Source: Auanema rhodensis (lineage: Eukaryota; Animalia; Nematoda). From it: a stretch of DNA of 64,000 nucleotides. This document shows, in pieces, positions 54,575 to 64,000 of the stretch (its first letter is position 1; the number at the start of each line of letters is the position of its first letter). Where the stretch lies: contig OZ059896.1 in NCBI GenBank assembly GCA_964057225.1, positions 13,082,001 to 13,146,000 of the forward strand, given 5' to 3'. The translations under genes and the position numbers were made by a program. The notes under the pieces were generated by a model. It worked only from the letters and a program-made list of their open reading frames with translations, ran no database searches and was not told where the DNA came from.

Positions 54575-55439
54575 ACGTGATGTGCACATGGTATGTAACT
54601 CGCTTCCCGTGAAAGATAAAGAAATGCGGTTTTCAAAATTAGATTCCTCATGTCCATTTTAGTCTAATAACAAATTTTTATTGATACATGGTAACCATGA
54701 CTTTGAAATTAACGTGAATTTTAATTTATGCTAATTAATTGTACACGTGATGTGCACATGGTATGTAACTCGCTACCCGTTAAAGATAAAGAGATGCGGT
54801 TTTCAAAATTAGATTACCCATGTCCATATTAGTCTGAAAACAAATTTTTATTGATATTGGTTCATGGTAACCATGACTTTGAAATTTACGTGAACTTTAA
54901 TTCATGCTAATTAATTGTACACGTGATGTGCACATGGTATGTAACTCGCTTCCCGTTAAAGATAAAGAGATGCGGTTTTCAAAATTAGATTCCTCATGTC
55001 CATATTAGTCTAAGAACAAATTTTTATTGATATTGGTTCATGGTAACCATGACTTTGAAATTTACGTGAACTTTAATTTATGCTAATTAAATGTACACGT
55101 AATGTGCACATGGTATGTAACTCGCTTCCCGTGAAAGATAAAGAAATGCGGTTCTCAAAATTAGTTTACCCATGTGCATATTAGTCTGAGAACAAATTTT
55201 TATTGATACATGGTAACCATGACTTTGAAATTAACGTGAACTTTAATTTATGCTAATTAATTGTACACGTGATGTGCACATGGTATGTAACTCGCTTCCC
55301 GTTAAAGATAAAGAGATGCGGTTTTCAAAATTAGATTACCCATGTCCATATTAGTGTGAGAACAAAGTTTTATTGATATTGGTGCATGGTAACCATGACT
55401 TTGAACTTTAATTTAACTTAACTTTAATTTATGCTAATT

Positions 55440-58400
55440 AATTGTACACGTGATGTGCACATGGTATGTAACTCGCTTCCCGTGAAAGATAAAGAAATGC
55501 GGTTCTCAAAATTAGATTCCTCATGTCCATTTTAGTCTAAGTACAAATTTTTATTGATATTGGTTCATGGTAACCATGACTTTGAAATTTACGTGAACTT
55601 TAATTTATGCTAATTAAATGTACACGTGATGTGCACATGGTATGTAACTCGCTTCCCGTGAAAGATAAAGAAATGCAGTTCTCAAAATTAGATTACCCAT
55701 GTCCATATTAGTCTGAAAACAAATTTTTATTGATATTGGTGCATGGTAATCATGACTTTGAAATTTACGTGAACTTTAATTTATGCTAATTAATTGCACA
55801 CGTGATGTGCACATGGTATGTAACTCGCTTCCCGTGAAAGATAAAGAGATGCGGTTCTCAAAATTAGATTACCCATGTCCATATTAGTCTGAAAACAAAT
55901 TTTTATTGATATTGGTGCATGGTAATCATGACTTTGAAATTTACGTGAACTTTAATTTATGCTAATTAATTGTACACGTGATGTGCACATGGTATGTAAC
56001 TCGCTTCCCGTTAAAGATAAAGAGATGCGGTTTTCAAAATTAGATTACCCATGTCCATATTAGTCAAAGAACAAATTTTAATCGATATTGGTTCATGGTA
56101 ACCATGACTTTGAAATTTACGTGAACTTTAATTTATGCTAATTAATTTTACACGTGATGTGCACATGGTATGTAACTCGCTTCCCGTGAAAGATAAAGAA
56201 ATGCGGTTCTCAAAATTAGATTCCTCATGTCCATATTAGTCTAAGAACAAATTTTTATTGATATTGGTTCATGGTAACCATGACTTTGAAATTTAAGTGA
56301 ACTTTAATTTATGCCAATTAATTGTACACGTAATGTGCACATGGTATGTAACTCGCTTCCCGTGAAAGATAAAGAGATGCGGTTCTCAAAATTAGATTAC
56401 CCATGTCCATATTAGTCTGAAAACAAATTTTTATTGATATTGGTGCATGGTAATCATGACTTTGAAATTTACGTGAACTTTAATTTATGCTAATTAAATG
56501 TACACGTAATGTGCACATGGTATGTAACTCGCTTCCCGTGAAAGATAAAGAAATGCGGTTCTCAAAATTAGATTCCTCATGTCCATATTAGTCTAATAAC
56601 AAATTTTAATCGATATTGGTTCATGGTAACCATGAGTTTGAAATTTACGTGAACTTTAATTTATGCTAATTAATTGTACACGTGATGTGCACATGGTATG
56701 TAACTCGCTTCCCGTTAAAGATAAAGAGATGCGGTTTTCAAAATTAGATTACCCATGTCCATATTAGTCAAAGAACAAATTTTTATTGATATTGGTTCAT
56801 GGTAACCATGACTTTGAAATTTACGTGACCTTTAATTTATGCTAATTAATTGTACACGTGATGTGCACATGGTATGTAACTCGCTTCCCGTGAAAGATAA
56901 AGAAATGCGGTTCTCAAAATTAGATTCCTCATGTCCATATTAGTCTAAGAACAAATTTTAATCGATATTGGTTCATGGTAACCATGACTTTGAAATTTAC
57001 GTGAACTTTAATTTATGCTAATTAATTGTACACGTGATGTGCACATGGTATGTAACTCGCTTCCCGTGAAAGATAAAGAGATGCGGTTCTCAAAATTAGA
57101 TTACCCATGTCCATATTAGTCTGAAAACAAATTTTTATTGATATTGGTGCATGGTAATCATGACTTTGAAATTTACGTGAACTTTAATTTATGCTAATTA
57201 AATGTACACGTAATGTGCACATGGTATGTAACTCGCTTCCCGTGAAAGATAAAGAAATGCGGTTCTCAAAATTAGATTCCTCATGTCTATATTAGTCTAA
57301 GAACAAATTTTAATCGATATTGGTTCATGGTAACCATGAGTTTGAAATTTACGTGAACTTTAATTTATGCTAATTAATTGTACACGTGATGTGCACATGG
57401 TATGTAACTCGCTTCCCGTGAAAGATAAAGAAATGCGGTTCTCAAAATTAGATTCCTCATGTCCATATTAGTCTAAGAACAAATTTTAATCGATATTGGT
57501 TCATGGTAACCATGACTTTGAAATTTACGTGAACTTTAATTTATGCTAATTAATTGTACACGTGATGTGCACATGGTATGTAACTCGCTTCCCGTGAAAG
57601 ATAAAGAAATGCGGTTCTCAAAATTAGATTCCTCATGTCCATTTTAGTCTAAGAACAAATTTTAATCGATATTGGTTCATGGTAACCATGACTTTGAAAT
57701 TTACGTGAACTTTAATTTATGCTAATTAATTGTACACGTGATGTGCACATGGTATGTAACTCGCTTCCCGTGAAAGATAAAGAAATGCAGTTCTCAAAAT
57801 TAGATTACCCATGTCCATATTAGTCTGAAAACAAATTTTTATTGATATTGGTGCATGGTAATCATGACTTTGAAATTTACGTGAACTTTAATTTATGCTA
57901 ATTAATTGCACACGTGATGTGCACATGGTATGTAACTCGCTTCCCGTGAAAGATAAAGAGATGCGGTTCTCAAAATTAGATTACCCATGTCCATATTAGT
58001 CTGAAAACAAATTTTTATTGATATTGGTGCATGGTAATCATGACTTTGAAATTTACGTGAACTTTAATTTATGCTAATTAATTGTACACGTGATGTGCAC
58101 ATGGTATGTAACTCGCTTCCCGTTAAAGATAAAGAGATGCGGTTTTCAAAATTAGATTACCCATGTCCATATTAGTCAAAGAACAAATTTTAATCGATAT
58201 TGGTTCATGGTAACCATGACTTTGAAATTTACGTGAACTTTAATTTATGCTAATTAATTTTACACGTGATGTGCACATGGTATGTAACTCGCTTCCCGTG
58301 AAAGATAAAGAAATGCGGTTCTCAAAATTAGATTCCTCATGTCCATATTAGTCTAAGAACAAATTTTTATTGATATTGGTTCATGGTAACCATGACTTTG

Positions 58401-61400
58401 AAATTTAAGTGAACTTTAATTTATGCCAATTAATTGTACACGTAATGTGCACATGGTATGTAACTCGCTTCCCGTGAAAGATAAAGAAATGCGGTTCTCA
58501 AAATTAGATTCCTCATGTCCATATTAGTCTAAGAACAAATTTTAATCGATATTGGTTCATGGTAACCATGACTTTGAAATTTACGTGAACTTTAATTTAT
58601 GCTAATTAATTGTACACGTGATGTGCACATGGTATGTAACTCGCTTCCCGTGAAAGATAAAGAGATGCGGTTCTCAAAATTAGATTACCCATGTCCATAT
58701 TAGTCTGAAAACAAATTTTTATTGATATTGGTGCATGGTAATCATGACTTTGAAATTTACGTGAACTTTAATTTATGCTAATTAAATGTACACGTAATGT
58801 GCACATGGTATGTAACTCGCTTCCCGTGAAAGATAAAGAAATGCGGTTCTCAAAATTAGATTCCTCATGTCCATATTAGTCTAATAACAAATTTTAATCG
58901 ATATTGGTTCATGGTAACCATGAGTTTGAAATTTACGTGAACTTTAATTTATGCTAATTAATTGTACACGTGATGTGCACATGGTATGTAACTCGCTTCC
59001 CGTTAAAGATAAAGAGATGCGGTTTTCAAAATTAGATTACCCATGTCCATATTAGTCAAAGAACAAATTTTTATTGATATTGGTTCATGGTAACCATGAC
59101 TTTGAAATTTACGTGACCTTTAATTTATGCTAATTAATTGTACACGTGATGTGCACATGGTATGTAACTCGCTTCCCGTGAAAGATAAAGAAATGCGGTT
59201 CTCAAAATTAGATTCCTCATGTCCATATTAGTCTAAGAACAAATTTTAATCGATATTGGTTCATGGTAACCATGACTTTGAAATTTACGTGAACTTTAAT
59301 TTATGCTAATTAATTGTACACGTGATGTGCACATGGTATGTAACTCGCTTCCCGTGAAAGATAAAGAGATGCGGTTCTCAAAATTAGATTACCCATGTCC
59401 ATATTAGTCTGAAAACAAATTTTTATTGATATTGGTGCATGGTAATCATGACTTTGAAATTTACGTGAACTTTAATTTATGCTAATTAAATGTACACGTA
59501 ATGTGCACATGGTATGTAACTCGCTTCCCGTGAAAGATAAAGAAATGCGGTTCTCAAAATTAGATTCCTCATGTCTATATTAGTCTAAGAACAAATTTTA
59601 ATCGATATTGGTTCATGGTAACCATGAGTTTGAAATTTACGTGAACTTTAATTTATGCTAATTAATTGTACACGTGATGTGCACATGGTATGTAACTCGC
59701 TTCCCGTTAAAGATAAAGAAATGCGGTTCTCAAAATTAGATTCCTCATGTCCATATTAGTCTAAGAACAAATTTTAATCGATATTGGTTCATGGTAACCA
59801 TGAGTTTGAAATTTACGTGAACTTTAATTTATGCTAATTAATTGTACACGTGATGTGCACATGGTATGTAACTCGCTTCCCGTTAAAGATAAAGAGATGC
59901 GGTTTTCAAAATTTGATTACCCATGTCCATATTAGTCAAAGAACAAATTTTTATTGATATTGGTTCATGGTAACCATGACTTTGAAATTTACGTGACCTT
60001 TAATTTATGCTAATTAATTGTACACGTGATGTGCACATGGTATGTAACTCGCTTCCCGTGAAAGATAAAGAGATGCGGTTCTCAAAATTAGATTCCTCAT
60101 GTCCATATTAGTCTAAGAACAAATTTTAATCGATATTGGTTCATGGTAACCATGACTTTGAAATTTACGTGAACTTTAATTTATGCTAATTAATTGTACA
60201 CGTGATGTGCACATGGTATGTAACTCGCTTCCCGTGAAAGATAAAGAGATGCGGTTTTCAAAATTAGATTCCTCATGTCCATATTAGTCTAAGAACAAAT
60301 TTTAATCGATATTGGTTCATGGTAACCATGACTTTGAAATTTACGTGAACTTTAATTTATGCTAATTAATTGTACACGTGATGTGCACATGGTATGTAAC
60401 TCGCTTCCCGTGAAAGATAAAGAAATGCGGTTCTCAAAATTAGATTCCTCATGTCCATATTAGTCTAAGAACAAATTTTAATCGATATTGGTTAATGGTA
60501 ACCATGACTTTGAAATTTACGTGAACTTTAATTTATGCTAATTAATTTTACACGTGATGTGCACATGGTATGTAACTCGCTTCCCGTTAAAGATAAAGAG
60601 ATGCGGTTTTCAAAATTAGATTACCCATGTCCATATTAGTCAAACAACAAATTTTTATTGATATTGGTTCATGGTAACCATGACTTTGAAATTTACGTGA
60701 ACTTTAATTTATGCTAATTAATTGTACACGTGATGTGCACATGGTATGTAACTCGCTTCCCGTTAAAGATAAAGAGATGCGGTTTTCAAAATTAGATTAC
60801 CCATGTCCATATTAGTCAAAGAACAAATTTTTATTGATATTGGTTCATGGTAACCATGACTTTGAAATTTACGTGACCTTTAATTTATGCTAATTAATTG
60901 TACACGTGATGTGCACATGGTATGTAACTCGCTTCCCGTGAAAGATAAAGAAATGCGGTTCTCAAAATTAGATTCCTCATGTCCATATTAGTCTAAGAAC
61001 AAATTTTAATCGATATTGGTTCATGGTAACCATGACTTTGAAATTTACGTGAACTTTAATTTATGCTAATTAATTGTACACGTGATGTGCACATGGTATG
61101 TAACTCGCTTCCCGTGAAAGATAAAGAGATGCGGTTCTCAAAATTAGATTACCCATGTCCATATTAGTCTGAAAACAAATTTTTATTGATATTGGTGCAT
61201 GGTAATCATGACTTTGAAATTTACGTGAACTTTAATTTATGCTAATTAAATGTACACGTAATGTGCACATGGTATGTAACTCGCTTCCCGTGAAAGATAA
61301 AGAAATGCGGTTCTCAAAATTAGATTCCTCATGTCTATATTAGTCTAAGAACAAATTTTAATCGATATTGGTTCATGGTAACCATGAGTTTGAAATTTAC

Positions 61401-64000
61401 GTGAACTTTAATTTATGCTAATTAATTGTACACGTGATGTGCACATGGTATGTAACTCGCTTCCCGTGAAAGATAAAGAAATGCGGTTCTCAAAATTAGA
61501 TTCCTCATGTCCATATTAGTCTAAGAACAAATTTTAATCGATATTGGTTCATGGTAACCATGACTTTGAAATTTACGTGAACTTTAATTTATGCTAATTA
61601 ATTGTACACGTGATGTGCACATGGTATGTAACTCGCTTCCCGTGAAAGATAAAGAAATGCGGTTCTCAAAATTAGATTCCTCATGTCCATTTTAGTCTAA
61701 GAACAAATTTTAATCGATATTGGTTCATGGTAACCATGACTTTGAAATTTACGTGAACTTTAATTTATGCTAATTAATTGTACACGTGATGTGCACATGG
61801 TATGTAACTCGCTTCCCGTGAAAGATAAAGAAATGCAGTTCTCAAAATTAGATTACCCATGTCCATATTAGTCTGAAAACAAATTTTTATTGATATTGGT
61901 GCATGGTAATCATGACTTTGAAATTTACGTGAACTTTAATTTATGCTAATTAATTGCACACGTGATGTGCACATGGTATGTAACTCGCTTCCCGTGAAAG
62001 ATAAAGAGATGCGGTTCTCAAAATTAGATTACCCATGTCCATATTAGTCTGAAAACAAATTTTTATTGATATTGGTGCATGGTAATCATGACTTTGAAAT
62101 TTACGTGAACTTTAATTTATGCTAATTAATTGTACACGTGATGTGCACATGGTATGTAACTCGCTTCCCGTTAAAGATAAAGAGATGCGGTTTTCAAAAT
62201 TAGATTACCCATGTCCATATTAGTCAAAGAACAAATTTTAATCGATATTGGTTCATGGTAACCATGACTTTGAAATTTACGTGAACTTTAATTTATGCTA
62301 ATTAATTTTACACGTGATGTGCACATGGTATGTAACTCGCTTCCCGTGAAAGATAAAGAAATGCGGTTCTCAAAATTAGATTCCTCATGTCCATATTAGT
62401 CTAAGAACAAATTTTTATTGATATTGGTTCATGGTAACCATGACTTTGAAATTTAAGTGAACTTTAATTTATGCCAATTAATTGTACACGTAATGTGCAC
62501 ATGGTATGTAACTCGCTTCCCGTGAAAGATAAAGAAATGCGGTTCTCAAAATTAGATTCCTCATGTCCATATTAGTCTAAGAACAAATTTTAATCGATAT
62601 TGGTTCATGGTAACCATGACTTTGAAATTTACGTGAACTTTAATTTATGCTAATTAATTGTACACGTGATGTGCACATGGTATGTAACTCGCTTCCCGTG
62701 AAAGATAAAGAGATGCGGTTCTCAAAATTAGATTACCCATGTCCATATTAGTCTGAAAACAAATTTTTATTGATATTGGTGCATGGTAATCATGACTTTG
62801 AAATTTACGTGAACTTTAATTTATGCTAATTAAATGTACACGTAATGTGCACATGGTATGTAACTCGCTTCCCGTGAAAGATAAAGAAATGCGGTTCTCA
62901 AAATTAGATTCCTCATGTCCATATTAGTCTAATAACAAATTTTAATCGATATTGGTTCATGGTAACCATGAGTTTGAAATTTACGTGAACTTTAATTTAT
63001 GCTAATTAATTGTACACGTGATGTGCACATGGTATGTAACTCGCTTCCCGTTAAAGATAAAGAGATGCGGTTTTCAAAATTAGATTACCCATGTCCATAT
63101 TAGTCAAAGAACAAATTTTTATTGATATTGGTTCATGGTAACCATGACTTTGAAATTTACGTGACCTTTAATTTATGCTAATTAATTGTACACGTGATGT
63201 GCACATGGTATGTAACTCGCTTCCCGTGAAAGATAAAGAAATGCGGTTCTCAAAATTAGATTCCTCATGTCCATATTAGTCTAAGAACAAATTTTAATCG
63301 ATATTGGTTCATGGTAACCATGACTTTGAAATTTACGTGAACTTTAATTTATGCTAATTAATTGTACACGTGATGTGCACATGGTATGTAACTCGCTTCC
63401 CGTGAAAGATAAAGAGATGCGGTTCTCAAAATTAGATTACCCATGTCCATATTAGTCTGAAAACAAATTTTTATTGATATTGGTGCATGGTAATCATGAC
63501 TTTGAAATTTACGTGAACTTTAATTTATGCTAATTAAATGTACACGTAATGTGCACATGGTATGTAACTCGCTTCCCGTGAAAGATAAAGAAATGCGGTT
63601 CTCAAAATTAGATTCCTCATGTCTATATTAGTCTAAGAACAAATTTTAATCGATATTGGTTCATGGTAACCATGAGTTTGAAATTTACGTGAACTTTAAT
63701 TTATGCTAATTAATTGTACACGTGATGTGCACATGGTATGTAACTCGCTTCCCGTTAAAGATAAAGAAATGCGGTTCTCAAAATTAGATTCCTCATGTCC
63801 ATATTAGTCTAAGAACAAATTTTAATCGATATTGGTTCATGGTAACCATGAGTTTGAAATTTACGTGAACTTTAATTTATGCTAATTAATTGTACACGTG
63901 ATGTGCACATGGTATGTAACTCGCTTCCCGTTAAAGATAAAGAGATGCGGTTTTCAAAATTTGATTACCCATGTCCATATTAGTCAAAGAACAAATTTTT
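55440..64000 (-). repeat. Distal length-homogeneous domain with 12-mer and 23-mer repeats
   Basis: ATTTAAGTGA at 56291, 58403, 62451 and AAATGCAGTT at 55671, 57783, 61831. Spacings are 2112 (12x176) and 4048 (23x176) exactly. Confidence 0.85.

Larger units (their letters stand above)
38633..64000 (-). repeat. Same 176-bp satellite in reverse orientation (~136 monomers) with eight 171-bp inserts and HORs
   Basis: Starts ACACGTGATGTGCACATGGTATGTAACTCGCTTCCCG, the reverse complement of the left-array monomer, and continues to the window end. Confidence 0.99.

Overview
Eukaryotic (probably animal, plausibly nematode) satellite DNA with no cellular genes. About 95% of the window is one AT-rich 176-bp tandem satellite with higher-order repeats (HORs). 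It runs in + orientation over 1-35953 (~204 monomers) and in - orientation over 38633-64000 (~136 monomers). The orientation switch is occupied by the 5' part of a CR1-like non-LTR retrotransposon on the - strand (35954-38632): an 18-20-bp tandem-repeat 5' end, ORF1, and an uninterrupted APE endonuclease domain of ORF2, broken before the reverse transcriptase. The - array also carries 8 near-identical 171-bp inserts with a 4-bp ACGT target-site duplication (TSD), which look like a LINE 3' UTR ending AATAAA-cccgttcaa. These inserts and the 5' junction of the large element hit the same CACGTG site of the monomer in the same orientation, suggesting a satellite-targeting, site-specific CR1-like LINE. 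Insert plus TSD is 175 bp, so it keeps the 176-bp phase and has been amplified as a pseudo-monomer. Organism, centromere function and the link between the inserts and the LINE are inferences that need database or experimental checks.
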